Assembly (NCBI GenBank): GCA_964614825.1
Contig: CAZTNB010000001.1
Span: 338 to 64,337, forward strand
Direction of reading: 5' to 3'
DNA: 64,000 nucleotides
DNA from: an uncultured Gammaproteobacteria bacterium
GTDB lineage: Bacteria > Pseudomonadota > Gammaproteobacteria > Xanthomonadales > Ahniellaceae
A program made the position numbers and the translations under genes. A model generated the notes under the pieces. That model was not told where the DNA came from. It saw only the letters and a program-made list of their open reading frames with translations, and searched no databases. This document shows, piece after piece, positions 8,849 through 20,255 of the stretch. Position 1 is the stretch's first letter. Each line of letters begins with the position of its first letter.

Positions 8849-11224
8849 TCAACCCCGTAGCTGGCCCCCGAAGCTTTCGGCGATCACCCTGACCACCGAG
8901 GCCACGATTCCATTGGCATCCTCGTCCGTTAGGGTGCGGGAATCGTCCTGCAAAATCAAGCCTATAGCGAGACTCCTTGCGGAATCGGGCAAACCTTTGC
9001 CGGCGTACTGGTCGAACAGCACCAGGCCGCGCAACCAGGGCCCCGCGGCCCCCCGGATGGCCCCTTCCAGGGCCGCCCAGGGCACCTGCCGGTCGACGAC
9101 GATCGCGAGGTCCCGGCGGACGGACGGCTGCCGGGACAGCTCGGTGGCGACCGGGATGGACCGCTCGGCCAGGGGCCCGACCTCGAGTTCGAAGGCCCAG
9201 GCGTCCTGCGGCAGGTCCAGGGCGGCGGCCAGTGCCGGGTGCAGCGCGCCGGCCACGCCGAGGACCGCGCCGCCGCGGACCACCTCGGCCGCGCGGCCCG
9301 GATGCAGCCACGGGCGTTCGGTGGGCCGGAAGGCGAATTCCGCGGCCGCGCCGGTGGTCGCCAGCAGCGCCTCCAGGTCGCCCTTGAGGTCGTGGAAATC
9401 CATGGCGCGGCGTGGTTCGCCCCACTGCTCGGCGGCGGCGCTGCCGATCGCCACCCCGGCGATGCGCTGCGTCTCCACCGGGCCGCCCGCGCCGGCGCTG
9501 AACGCATGGCCGAGCTCGAACAGGCGCACGCGCGTGGCCTGGCGCGCCAGGTTGCGCCGCAGCGCGTCGACCAGGCCCGGCAGCAGCGAGGTGCGCATCA
9601 CCGCCAGTTCCTGCGACAGCGGGTTGGCCAGCGCGATCGCGCCGGCCTCGAGTTGCCATTGGCGCAGCAACTCCGCGGCGACGAAGGCGAAGCACACCGC
9701 CTCGGAATAGCCGCGCGCGCGCAGCGCGTCGCGCAGCGCGGACTCGGGCACGCGGCCCTCGGCTTCGGGCACGAGCACCAGCGTGCCGCTGGGCGCGCGC
9801 ACCGGCACGGCGTCGTAGCCGTGCACGCGGATCACTTCCTCGACCAGGTCTTCCTCGATCGCGATGTCGAAGCGGCGCGAGGGCGGCGCCACGGTCCAGC
9901 CCTCGGCATGCGCCTCGACGCCGAAGCCCAGGCCGCGCAGGATCGATTCGACCCGCGCATCGGGCACGGACAGGCCCAGCACGCGCGCCAGGCGCGCGCG
10001 GCGCAGGCGCACCGGCGGGCGTTGCGGCAGGTGCGGCGCCGACACGGCTTCCACCACCGGGCCCGGCTCGCCGCCTGCGACCGCGACGATCAGTTCGGTC
10101 AGGCGCTCGATCGCGGCGCGCGGCAGCTGCGGGTCCACGCCGCGCTCGAAGCGGTGCGAGGCATCGGTGTGCAGGCCGAGCCGGCGCGCGCGGCCGATGA
10201 TCGCGTCGGGCGCGAAGTGCGCCGATTCCAGGAACAGGTCCGCGGTGGCGTCGGTGACGCGCGAATCCCAGCCGCCCATCACGCCCGCCAGCGCCAGCGC
10301 CTTGCGCTCGTCGGCGATCACCAGGAAGCCCTCGTCGAGCGCCACCTCGCGGCCGTCGAGCAGCTTGAGCGATTCGCCGGCGCGGCCGCGGCGCACGACC
10401 ACGGCGCCCTCGAGCCGCGCGTGGTCGAAGGCATGCAGCGGCTGGCCGAGCTCGAGCATCACGTAGTTGGTGCAGTCGACGATGGCGCTGATCGGGCGCA
10501 GCCCGGCCCGGCGCAGGCGTTCGGCCATCCACGGCGGCGACACCGCCCGCGCGTCGACGCCGCGCAGCACGCGGCCCACGTAGCGCGGGCAGCCCGCAGG
10601 CGCCTCGAGGCGGATCTCGCGCGTCGCGTCCATGCGCGCCGCCACCGCGGCCACCTCGGTCGCGACCGGTGGCAGGGCGAACAGCGCGGCGACTTCCGAG
10701 GCCAGCCCGCGCAGGCCCAGGCAATCGGGCCGGTTGGGCGTGAGCTTGAGCTCGATGCTGGCATCGGGCAGGTCGAGGTAGTTCGCCAGCGCCACGCCGA
10801 CCGGGGCGTCGTCCGGCAGCTCGAGCAGTCCGTCGGCGTCGGCACCGAGCCCGAGTTCGCGGCCCGAGCACAACATGCCGTTCGACTCGACGCCGCGCAG
10901 CGCGGCGCGGCGGATCTCGATCCCGCCCGGCAGCTTCGCCCCGACCATGGCCAGCGGCGCCTTGAGCCCGGCGCGCGCATTGGGCGCGCCGCACACGATC
11001 GTGAGCGGCTCGCCGCCGGCGCGCACGCGGCACACGCGCAGCTTGTCGGCGTTGGGATGCGGCTCGGCGCTCTCGACCTGCGCCACCAGCACGCCCTCGA
11101 GCCCGGCGCCCAGCGCCTCGACCGCCTCGACCTCGAGGCCGGCCATGGTCAGGCGCCGCACCAGCTCGTCGCGGTCGGCGGGCGGATCGATGAAGCTGCG
11201 CAGCCAGTTCTCGGAGAATTTCAT
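8849..11224 (-). CDS. pheT: Phenylalanine--tRNA ligase beta subunit
   Basis: ORF 8849..11266, trimmed to ATG at 11224 ([15 protein letters not shown]...). 791 aa with tRNA-binding, B3/4, B5 and FDX-ACB-like segments. Lies downstream of pheS. Confidence 0.95.
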   Translation of the reverse strand: MKFSENWLRSFIDPPADRDELVRRLTMAGLEVEAVEALGAGLEGVLVAQVESAEPHPNADKLRVCRVRAGGEPLTIVCGAPNARAGLKAPLAMVGAKLPGGIEIRRAALRGVESNGMLCSGRELGLGADADGLLELPDDAPVGVALANYLDLPDASIELKLTPNRPDCLGLRGLASEVAALFALPPVATEVAAVAARMDATREIRLEAPAGCPRYVGRVLRGVDARAVSPPWMAERLRRAGLRPISAIVDCTNYVMLELGQPLHAFDHARLEGAVVVRRGRAGESLKLLDGREVALDEGFLVIADERKALALAGVMGGWDSRVTDATADLFLESAHFAPDAIIGRARRLGLHTDASHRFERGVDPQLPRAAIERLTELIVAVAGGEPGPVVEAVSAPHLPQRPPVRLRRARLARVLGLSVPDARVESILRGLGFGVEAHAEGWTVAPPSRRFDIAIEEDLVEEVIRVHGYDAVPVRAPSGTLVLVPEAEGRVPESALRDALRARGYSEAVCFAFVAAELLRQWQLEAGAIALANPLSQELAVMRTSLLPGLVDALRRNLARQATRVRLFELGHAFSAGAGGPVETQRIAGVAIGSAAAEQWGEPRRAMDFHDLKGDLEALLATTGAAAEFAFRPTERPWLHPGRAAEVVRGGAVLGVAGALHPALAAALDLPQDAWAFELEVGPLAERSIPVATELSRQPSVRRDLAIVVDRQVPWAALEGAIRGAAGPWLRGLVLFDQYAGKGLPDSARSLAIGLILQDDSRTLTDEDANGIVASVVRVIAESFGGQLRG

Positions 11225-11287
11225 CGGCTCTGGTTCTCGACTTCCGGTGCCATCCCACGCCCCCACCGGGAAGAGGGCACGGCGAAT

Positions 11288-12740
<1,453 letters not shown>

Positions 12741-12754
12741 GGGTCAGTCCTCCC

Positions 12755-12952
12755 TCACGCGTACGGCATCATGCGAGCGACGCGACCTGCGTCCTCGGCA
12801 CGAACATGGTTGGTGGCCCGAAGCCCGCGCTTACGCTTGGTGGACTTCTTGGTCAGGATGTGGCTCTTGAAGGCGTGCCCGCACTTGAACTTGCCGGACG
12901 CCGTCTTCCGGAACCGCTTGGCGGCGGCCCGGTTGGTCTTGATCTTTGGCAT
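12755..12952 (-). CDS. rpmI: 50S ribosomal protein L35
   Basis: The last 65 aa of ORF 12755..13111 read [68 protein letters not shown] at 12952. Confidence 0.95.
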   Translation of the reverse strand: MPKIKTNRAAAKRFRKTASGKFKCGHAFKSHILTKKSTKRKRGLRATNHVRAEDAGRVARMMPYA

Positions 12953-13143
12953 GACTGCAAAACTCCGTTGATCGATCTTCGTGACTGAGCCGAGCGGCGG
13001 GGCGACCCGCACTTTCCTTCCTGCTCGGTTCGGCTTGTGTGGCAGGCCGCGAGGCCCGCCTGCTCCATCGCGATCCCGTTTCCGGGACCGCCTGCTTGCA
13101 ACCTTCCCCACGAGGGGGAAGTGCGACGCGGGGTGGCGTGGCG

Positions 13144-13692
13144 CTACTTACGCTTCGGCGCCACCATCATGATCATCAAGCGCCCTTCCATGCGGGGGAA
13201 CTGCTCGATGGTCACTTCGTCCTTCAGGTCCCCTTCCAGGCGCCGCGCCATGGCCATGCCGAGTTCGGTATGGGCCATCTCGCGGCCGCGGAAGCGGATG
13301 TTGATCTTGACCTTGTCGCCTTCGGCAATGAAACGGCGCAGGTTGCGCAGCTTGATCTGGTAATCGCCCTCGTCCGTCGTGGGACGGAACTTGAGTTCCT
13401 TGATCTCCTGCTGCTTCTGCTTCTTGCGCGCCGCGTTGGCCTTCTTCTGCGCCTCGAACTTGAACTTGCCGTAATCCATGATCCGGCACACGGGCGGATC
13501 GGAGTTCGGCACGATCTCGACCAGGTCCAGCCCGAGTTCCTGCGCCATGTTGAGCGCCTCGTCGCGGCTGAGCACGCCGACCTGCTCGCCATCCGCGCCG
13601 ATCACGCGCACGCGCGGAACCCGGATCTCCAGATTGCGCCGATTGCCTTTATTTTCCGTAGCGATTCGTGTGTCCTCTGATGCCCGATGCAC
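13144..13692 (-). CDS. infC: Translation initiation factor IF-3 (start uncertain; probable non-AUG start at 13665)
   Basis: ...[64 protein letters not shown]...[12 protein letters not shown]. The maximal ORF starts at GTG 13692 with no SD. An in-frame ATC at 13665 has AGAGGA 7 nt upstream (see findings). Confidence 0.93.
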   Translation of the reverse strand: MHRASEDTRIATENKGNRRNLEIRVPRVRVIGADGEQVGVLSRDEALNMAQELGLDLVEIVPNSDPPVCRIMDYGKFKFEAQKKANAARKKQKQQEIKELKFRPTTDEGDYQIKLRNLRRFIAEGDKVKINIRFRGREMAHTELGMAMARRLEGDLKDEVTIEQFPRMEGRLMIMMVAPKRK

Positions 13693-13713
13693 GAAGGGCC
13701 GTGGCGTTGCGCC

Positions 13714-15621
13714 TCAGCCCTTCACCGATTCCGATTGCAGGCGTTCCGCGAACTGGGCCGGCGTCATCGAGCCCAGGTCCTCCCCGGAACGCGCGCGCAC
13801 CGCGACGGTGCCGTGCTCCTTCTCGCGGTCCCCGACCACGAGCAGATACGGCACCTTCTGCAGGGTGTGCTCGCGAATCTTATATCCGATCTTCTCGTTG
13901 CGCAAATCCGACTCGACCCGGAAGCCTTGATTTGCAAGGTTTTTCCGAACCGCATCCGCCCATTCGGCCTGGGCGTCGGTGATGTTCATGGCGACCGCCT
14001 GCACCGGGGCCAGCCAGGTCGGCAGGTTTCCGGCGTGGTGCTCGATCAGCATGCCGATGAAGCGCTCCAGCGAGCCGACGATGGCCCGGTGCAGCATCAC
14101 CGGGGTTTTCCGGCTCGAATCCTCGGTCACGTACTCGGCCCCGAGGCGCCCGGGCATGAAGAAATCGACCTGCATGGTGCCCACCTGCCAGGCCCGGCCC
14201 AACGAATCCTTGAGGTGGTATTCGATCTTGGGCCCGTAGAAGGCACCCTCGCCCGGCAACTCGTCCCATGGCGTCTCACAGGCCCTGAGACCGCCCCGGA
14301 GCATGTCCTCGGCGCGCGACCACTGGGCGTCGTCGCCGATGCGCTTGTTCGGGCGCAGCGCGATCTTGAGCGAAATCTCGCTGAAGCCGAAGTCGGCGTA
14401 GACCGCCATGGCCTGGCGGTGGAAGGCCACCACCTCGGACTCGATCTGCGCCTCGGTGCAGAAGATGTGGCCGTCGTCCTGGGTGAAGCCGCGCACGCGC
14501 AGCAGGCCATGCAGGGCGCCCGAGGGCTCGTTGCGGTGGCAGGCGCCGAATTCGCCGTAGCGCAACGGCAGGTCGCGGTAGCTGTGCAGGCCGTGGTTGT
14601 AGATCTGCACGTGGCCGGGGCAGTTCATCGGCTTGACCGCGTAGTCGCGGTTCTCCGACGCGGTGGTGAACATGTTGTCGCGGTAGTTGTCCCAGTGGCC
14701 GGTCTTCTCCCACAGCGACTTGTCGAGGATCTGCGGGCAGCGCACCTCGTGGTAGCCGTTGGCGCGGTAGACCCGGCGCATGTACTGCTCCACCACCTGC
14801 CAGATGGCCCAGCCCTTCGGGTGCCAGAACACCAGGCCCGGGCCCTCCTCCTGCATGTGGAACAGGTCCAGCGCCTTGCCGATCTTGCGGTGGTCGCGCT
14901 TCTCGGCCTCTTCGAGCAGGGTGAGGTAGGCCTTGAGGTCCTTGTCGGACAACCAGGCCGTGCCGTAGATGCGCTGCAACTGCGCGTTCTTCTGGTCGCC
15001 GCGCCAGTAGGCGCCGGACACGCGCATGAGCTTGAACGCGCCGAGCTTGCCCGTGCTGGGCACGTGGGGGCCGCGGCACAGGTCGATCCATTCGCCCTGC
15101 CCGTACAGCGAGATCTCCTCGCCGGGCGGGATGATGTCGTCGATGATCGCGGCCTTGAAGGTCTCGCCCTTGTCCTTGAAGAAGGCGATGGCGGCGTCCT
15201 TGGCCATCACGCTGCGCGTCACCGGCAGCGACTCGGCCACGATGCGGCGCATCTCGTCCTCGATCCGGCCGAGGTCCTCCGGCGTGAACGGCGTCTCGCG
15301 CGCGAAGTCGTAGTAGAAGCCGTTCTCCACCACCGGGCCGATCGTGACCTGGGTGTCGGGGAACAGGCGCTGGGTGGCCTGGGCCAGCAGGTGCGCGGTG
15401 GAATGGCGCACGATGTCGAGCGCGTCGGCGTGCTTGACGGTGACGATCTCCAGCGCCGCGTCGCGCGCGATGAGGTGCGAGAGGTCGACCAGCTTGCCGT
15501 CGACCTTGCCGGCGAGGGCGGCCTTGGCCAGGCCCGGGCCGATGCTGGCGGCGATGTCGGCGACGGACACGGCCGCGTCGAATTCGCGCTGGCTGCCGTC
15601 GGGGAGCGTGATCTTGATCAT
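13714..15621 (-). CDS. thrS: Threonine--tRNA ligase
   Basis: 635 aa starting [15 protein letters not shown] (TGS domain). Second additional domain motif [10 protein letters not shown]. Class II core: [32 protein letters not shown]. Anticodon-binding C-terminus. Confidence 0.97.
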   Translation of the reverse strand: MIKITLPDGSQREFDAAVSVADIAASIGPGLAKAALAGKVDGKLVDLSHLIARDAALEIVTVKHADALDIVRHSTAHLLAQATQRLFPDTQVTIGPVVENGFYYDFARETPFTPEDLGRIEDEMRRIVAESLPVTRSVMAKDAAIAFFKDKGETFKAAIIDDIIPPGEEISLYGQGEWIDLCRGPHVPSTGKLGAFKLMRVSGAYWRGDQKNAQLQRIYGTAWLSDKDLKAYLTLLEEAEKRDHRKIGKALDLFHMQEEGPGLVFWHPKGWAIWQVVEQYMRRVYRANGYHEVRCPQILDKSLWEKTGHWDNYRDNMFTTASENRDYAVKPMNCPGHVQIYNHGLHSYRDLPLRYGEFGACHRNEPSGALHGLLRVRGFTQDDGHIFCTEAQIESEVVAFHRQAMAVYADFGFSEISLKIALRPNKRIGDDAQWSRAEDMLRGGLRACETPWDELPGEGAFYGPKIEYHLKDSLGRAWQVGTMQVDFFMPGRLGAEYVTEDSSRKTPVMLHRAIVGSLERFIGMLIEHHAGNLPTWLAPVQAVAMNITDAQAEWADAVRKNLANQGFRVESDLRNEKIGYKIREHTLQKVPYLLVVGDREKEHGTVAVRARSGEDLGSMTPAQFAERLQSESVKG

Positions 15622-15661
15622 GGAGTCCTGCCTGCGCCGGCCGCGAGGGGTGGCGGCGGGC

Positions 15662-15694
15662 GCTGGAAACGAAAAAGGGCGCCGAGCGCCCTTT
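15662..15694 (-). terminator. Intrinsic terminator-like hairpin inside the thrS 5' leader
   Basis: The minus strand reads AAAGGGCGC-TCG-GCGCCCTTT followed by TTCGTTTCC (9-bp stem, 3-nt loop, U-rich tail). It lies about 40 nt upstream of the thrS ATG and 115 nt downstream of the preceding gene. Confidence 0.6.
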
Positions 15695-15720
15695 CGCGGG
15701 TGGCCCAGCCGGTGGGTGCT

Positions 15721-15744
15721 TCAGGCGGTGGTGGTAGTGCTCAT
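15721..15744 (-). promoter_or_regulatory. Candidate Thr-codon leader mini-ORF (M-S-T-T-T-T-A-stop) upstream of thrS
   Basis: ATG AGC ACT ACC ACC ACC GCC TGA read directly on the minus strand, 26 nt upstream of the terminator stem. No recognisable SD, so this is speculative. Confidence 0.3.
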
Positions 15745-15808
15745 GTGCGCACACTGGGCCGGCGGTTGCCCGCGGGCCACCTCGTCGCAAGGTCCGGACG
15801 CGCCTAGA

Positions 15809-16936
15809 TTAGCGCACCGGCGCCGCGGCAGGCGAGCGCGCACCCGCGGCGGCGCCGTGGCCGGCCGGCGTCCGCGGCGCCCGCGAGGCATAGCCGAACC
15901 ACTCCGGCACCGCGGTCATCGCGGCGAACACCTCGAGGCTGGTGGTGCGCTCCACCGGCAACCGGCGCAGGCCGTAGCGGTCCAGGCGTCGCGGGTCGTT
16001 GCTGCCGGCCAGGTAACTGCAGCCGGCGACGTAGCCGGCGGCGCGCGCCACCGCCACCACGCGCTCGTCCCAGGCATCGCCACCTCCCACCGGATAGGAA
16101 ATGACGCTGGCCGGCTTGCCGAGGGCGCGCCCGATCGCATTGCGCGAGCCCACGATCTCCGCCTGCAGTTCGGCGTCGTCGAGCTTGGCCAGCATGCGAT
16201 GGCCCACCCCGTGCGAGCCGATCTCCATGCCGCCCTGGTCCATCTCGCGCAGCTGGTCCCAGGTCATGGGACGGCAGTCGGGCACCGGCCCGATCCGGGG
16301 CATGGCGCAGGCCAGCGCCAGGCGGTCGATCACCCGGATCTGGGCGTCGTCGTCGAGCGCCTTGAGCTTCGAGATCAGCGCCTGCGCCAGGCGCTGGCGG
16401 TCGCGCAATGCGGACGGCAGGGTCCCGGCGTGCCCGAGTTCGGGGATGTCGATCGCCGCCACGGTGGCGGCGCTGAGCACGTGCACGAACCAGTCGTAGT
16501 GGTACGGCAGGCCGCTGTCGATGTAACCGGTGGAGACGAAGAAGGTGGCCGGCACGCCCAGATCGCGCAGGATCGGGTACGCCACCCGGTAGTTGTCGTC
16601 GTAACCGTCGTCGAAGGTCACCACCAGCGCGCCGCGCGGCAGCACCTCGCCGGCGTCGAGCAGCGCCATCGCTGCGGCCAGGCCCATCGGCGCGTAGTGC
16701 CGCCGCACGTGCTGCATCTGCGCGCGGAAGCCGGCCGCGTCGGCGCTGAGCAGTTCGGGGTCGAAGCGGAATCGCCCGGCGTCGATGCGGTCGACCACCC
16801 GGTGGTAGGCCAGGATGCGCAGGTCCGGCCGCAGCAGGCGCCGGCCGTGACGCAGCGCGGGCAACAGGCCACTGCGCGCGACCGCCGTCGCGAGGCGCTC
16901 GCGCTTGCCCGGGACGTGGTCGGCGGGGTCGCTCAT
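15809..16936 (-). CDS. Polysaccharide deacetylase family protein (NodB-homology domain)
   Basis: 375 aa: ILAYHRVVD...ALVVTFDDGYDDNYRVAYPILRDLGVPATFFVSTGYI...GMEIGSHGVGH. Paralogous to the CDS at 62044..63063. Confidence 0.85.
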   Translation of the reverse strand: MSDPADHVPGKRERLATAVARSGLLPALRHGRRLLRPDLRILAYHRVVDRIDAGRFRFDPELLSADAAGFRAQMQHVRRHYAPMGLAAAMALLDAGEVLPRGALVVTFDDGYDDNYRVAYPILRDLGVPATFFVSTGYIDSGLPYHYDWFVHVLSAATVAAIDIPELGHAGTLPSALRDRQRLAQALISKLKALDDDAQIRVIDRLALACAMPRIGPVPDCRPMTWDQLREMDQGGMEIGSHGVGHRMLAKLDDAELQAEIVGSRNAIGRALGKPASVISYPVGGGDAWDERVVAVARAAGYVAGCSYLAGSNDPRRLDRYGLRRLPVERTTSLEVFAAMTAVPEWFGYASRAPRTPAGHGAAAGARSPAAAPVR

Positions 16937-17038
16937 CGGGGCGGATTATTGCAGCGCGGGCACCGGTCGCCGCAAGGCGATTGACCGCCGGCGCCGGCGC
17001 GGTAGCCTCTGTCGCTCATCCGGGTCAGGGGGAACCGC

Positions 17039-18049
17039 ATGGACATGCGGCGCGCGGGAGAGGAACGAGCCGATTCAGCGCCGCTCGCGCGGCGCGGCTT
17101 GCGCGGCTGGGCGCGCCACTGGCGGGTCAAGGGCGTGATCCAGAAAGTGCTGGCGGCGGTGCCCGGCGGCACCGGCGCCAACGACTGGCTGCAACGCCGG
17201 TTCGGCGGCCTGCGCGATCCGGCCGCGAACTTCGACGCCAAGGTCGGCGACTGGCTGGGCCTGATGGGCCTGCTGCGCGCGGCCGGGGTCGCTTCGGTCG
17301 CCGGCCGCGAACTGCTCGAGATCGGCACCGGCTGGTACCCCACCAGCCCGCTGCTGTTCGCGCTGGCCGGCGCGCGCACGTGCCACACCTACGACATCTC
17401 GCGCCACCTGGACGGCGCCATGACCCGGCGCCTGCTGGTGCACCTCGAGCGCCACCTCGACGCCGTCGCCACCGCGGCCGACCGCGACCCGGCGGACGTG
17501 CGCGCGCTGTACCGGCGCCTGCTCGACACGCGCACCGACGCGGACCTGCTCGGCACCGCGGGCATCGTCTACCACGCGCCGGCCGATGCCGCGCGCACCA
17601 CCCTGCCCGACGGCTCGATCGACGTGGTGTTCTCCAACAGCGTGCTCGAGCACGTCGAGCCGGCGCTGCTGCCCGGCCTGCTGCGCGAGTCGCGTCGGTT
17701 GATCGGCGCGCGCGGCGTCAGCCTGCACGCGGTGGCCTGCAACGACCACTATGCGCACTTCGACCGCGCGATCTCCTTCGTGCACTACCTGCAGTTCGAC
17801 GCCCGCCAATGGCGCAAGTGGAACAACGCGCTCAACTACCAGAACCGCCTGCGCGCGCCGGACTTCATCGCGATGGCCCGCGACGCGGGCCTCGAGATCA
17901 TGCACGAGGAGCGCGCGGTGCGACCGGGATCACGCGAGGCGCTGGCATCGATGCGCGTCGCGCCCGAGTTCGCCGCCTATTCCTTCGACGACCTGGTGGC
18001 GACCACGGTCAACTTCGTGGCGCGGGGCGCGCCGCCAGGAACCTCCTAG
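17039..18049 (+). CDS. Class I SAM-dependent methyltransferase
   Basis: 336 aa with motif-I-like LLEIGTGWYP and SIDVVFSNSVLEHV. Good coding-like composition. The exact start (M1 or M3) is uncertain. Confidence 0.75.
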   Translation: MDMRRAGEERADSAPLARRGLRGWARHWRVKGVIQKVLAAVPGGTGANDWLQRRFGGLRDPAANFDAKVGDWLGLMGLLRAAGVASVAGRELLEIGTGWYPTSPLLFALAGARTCHTYDISRHLDGAMTRRLLVHLERHLDAVATAADRDPADVRALYRRLLDTRTDADLLGTAGIVYHAPADAARTTLPDGSIDVVFSNSVLEHVEPALLPGLLRESRRLIGARGVSLHAVACNDHYAHFDRAISFVHYLQFDARQWRKWNNALNYQNRLRAPDFIAMARDAGLEIMHEERAVRPGSREALASMRVAPEFAAYSFDDLVATTVNFVARGAPPGTS

Positions 18050-19038
18050 CGCGCGGCGAGTCCGGTCGATTCCGCATCGACCTCGAAGACCCAGGTCGCA
18101 TACGGGAGGAACAGGTCCGCAGGCAGTCCAAGCGCCGTGCACGCGGCCTTGAAGCCACGATTGCCCGCGCCCAGCACGCGCGCCAGCCGATCGCGCCCGC
18201 GCTGCCGCAGGCGTACCGCCAGCTTGTCGATCGAGTTGAAGCGGTTCTGCGCCGAAAGGTCCACCACGCGCCGATGGTCATCCAGTACCCAGCGCCGCAA
18301 CTCCAGCCACGTCGGCCCGTACGGCTTGTTCTGCGCGATGCAGTGACGCCGACGCAGGCGCGGCAGTAACAGGCCCGTGTAGTAGTCGCGCGGGAACAGG
18401 CCGTTCTCGGCCGATATCACCAGCAGCCCCGCCGGGCGCAGCAGCCGCACCCAGTCCCTCACATGGTCCTGGCGCCGGTCGGGTATGAACTCGAGCACCG
18501 AATTGACGATCACGCGGTCGAACAGCCGGTCGGGAAACGGCAGGCCGGGCCGTGCGTCCACCCGTTGCAGATGCAGTTGGTCCGGTGGCACGCCGAAGTA
18601 TTCGGCACGATGCCGGCACGCCTGGAGAGATTCGGGTGTCGGGTCCACCGCGGTCACCTGCGCCCCGACCAAGGCCAATGCCACCGCGAGCGCGCCCGTG
18701 CCGCACCCGACTTCGAGCACGGCGGTGCCGGACACGCCGTAGTGCCGCTGAAGGGGATCGACCAGGTTGACCGCGTGCTCACGAATGCGCTCGAACTCGC
18801 GCAGGGTATCCAACTCCCGCTGCCTCGACTGGATGGGATCGGTCGACTGCTCCCAGGCCCGCGCGGCATAACCGTGCCCGGAGGCGACGTAGATGTCCTG
18901 GCGCGACGCCCCGGCGTGAATCGCTGCCCGGAACGCGCGAAAGGCCGGATCGTCGGTATCGGTGGGGCGCAGGCGTGCGGCCAGCGGCTCGAGTTCCGCT
19001 GTCGTCGCGGCCGGTCCGGGCGACTTCCTGGAAGCCAT
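18046..19038 (-). CDS. Class I SAM-dependent methyltransferase
   Basis: 330 aa: VLEVGCGTGALAVALALVGAQVTAVDP (motif I), FDRVIVNSVLEFI, LRPAGLLVIS. Last gene of the minus-strand Wzy-Wzx operon. Confidence 0.85.
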   Translation of the reverse strand: MASRKSPGPAATTAELEPLAARLRPTDTDDPAFRAFRAAIHAGASRQDIYVASGHGYAARAWEQSTDPIQSRQRELDTLREFERIREHAVNLVDPLQRHYGVSGTAVLEVGCGTGALAVALALVGAQVTAVDPTPESLQACRHRAEYFGVPPDQLHLQRVDARPGLPFPDRLFDRVIVNSVLEFIPDRRQDHVRDWVRLLRPAGLLVISAENGLFPRDYYTGLLLPRLRRRHCIAQNKPYGPTWLELRRWVLDDHRRVVDLSAQNRFNSIDKLAVRLRQRGRDRLARVLGAGNRGFKAACTALGLPADLFLPYATWVFEVDAESTGLAAR

Positions 19039-19139
19039 TCGCCTGGCAAACGCAGAAACGCGCGCAATCCCGCCACGGATTCACCGGCAGGCGTGCGGAT
19101 GCCCCCTTGGACGCCGACTGCGCCGGGATGCTGGGCCAG

Positions 19140-20255
19140 TTAGGCCCGGTAGGCCGACTCGTATCGCGCGGCCATGGCCGGGATCGAGGCCGACGCCAGC
19201 GCCCAATCGCGCCCGGCCCGGCCCATGTCGCGGGCGCGCGCGGGATCGGCCAGCAGTGCCGCGAGGGCATCCGCGAGGCGCTGCGGATCGCGTGCCGGCA
19301 CCAGCAGGCCGTTGATGCCGTTGCGCACGATCTCGCCGTTGCCGCCCACGTCGGTGGCGACGATGGGCAGGTCGGCGGCGCAGGCTTCGAGCAGTGCGAT
19401 CGAGTAGCCCTCGGTCAGCGAGGACATGGCGTAGAGATCGAGGCCCGCGAGCAGGCGCGGTACGTCGCTGCGGTCGCCGAGCAGGATCACCCGGTCGGCG
19501 ACCCCCTCCGAGGTCGCGGCGGCCTCCACCTCGGCACGCAGGGCGCCATCGCCGATCCATGCCAGCGCGGTCGCCGGATGGCGCTCGCGCACCATGCGAA
19601 AGGCCCGCACCAGCGACACCGGATCCTTGGCCCAGTTGAGGCGCCCCACGGCGCCGATCAGCCGCGTGCCTTGCGGCAGGCCCAGTTCGCGCACCAGGGC
19701 CGCGCGCGCCGCGTCGTTGGCGGGTTCGAAGGCATCGAGGCGGATGCCGTTGGGGATGGCGACCACCTTGGCGGCGGGAATCAGGCCCTGCGCCAGCACC
19801 TCGCGGCGCGCCGCCTCGCACACCGTGACCACCACGTCGGTGCGCGACAGCGCGCGGCGGAACAGCCACTCGCGCCGGCCACCGGGCTGCTGCACCCCCA
19901 TGCCATGGCGGGTGTTGATCGTCCGGCGGACGCCGAGGCCCAGCGCCGCCGCGACCGCGTGGTAGTGCGCAACCGCATTGTGGGTGTGCAGCACCTGCGT
20001 GCGGTGCCGGCGCAGGTGGCCGCGCAGCCGCGCGATGGCGACCAGGTCGAGCCCGCCGCGCTTGCCGCAGGCATGGACCGGGACGCCGGCCGCGGCGAGT
20101 TCGCCGGCCAGCGAGCCGGCCTCGAACAGGCACACGACCTCGCAATCGTGACCCAGCCCGCGCTGCGCGCGCACCAGGTCGATGACCACGCGTTCGAGCC
20201 CGCCGCGGTTGAGGTTCTCGACGACGTGGCTGATGCGCAGCGGCGCGTGGCTCAT
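19140..20255 (-). CDS. Glycosyltransferase family 4 (GT-B, retaining type)
   Basis: ORF 19140..21500, trimmed to ATG at 20255 (MSHAPLRISHVVENLNRGGLERVV...). C-terminal YAMSSLTEGYSIALLEACAADLPIVATDVGGNGEIV. ATGA overlap with the upstream gene. Confidence 0.88.
   Translation of the reverse strand: MSHAPLRISHVVENLNRGGLERVVIDLVRAQRGLGHDCEVVCLFEAGSLAGELAAAGVPVHACGKRGGLDLVAIARLRGHLRRHRTQVLHTHNAVAHYHAVAAALGLGVRRTINTRHGMGVQQPGGRREWLFRRALSRTDVVVTVCEAARREVLAQGLIPAAKVVAIPNGIRLDAFEPANDAARAALVRELGLPQGTRLIGAVGRLNWAKDPVSLVRAFRMVRERHPATALAWIGDGALRAEVEAAATSEGVADRVILLGDRSDVPRLLAGLDLYAMSSLTEGYSIALLEACAADLPIVATDVGGNGEIVRNGINGLLVPARDPQRLADALAALLADPARARDMGRAGRDWALASASIPAMAARYESAYRA

Noticed and set aside
12953-13143. 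190-nt infC-rpmI spacer as an L20-binding translational operator (as in E. coli rpmI-rplT).
   Set aside because: Several small hairpins are visible (e.g. CTTCCCC-CTCGT-GGGGAAG). I cannot show the long-range pseudoknot or similarity to the L20 rRNA site by eye, so a covariance-model search is needed.
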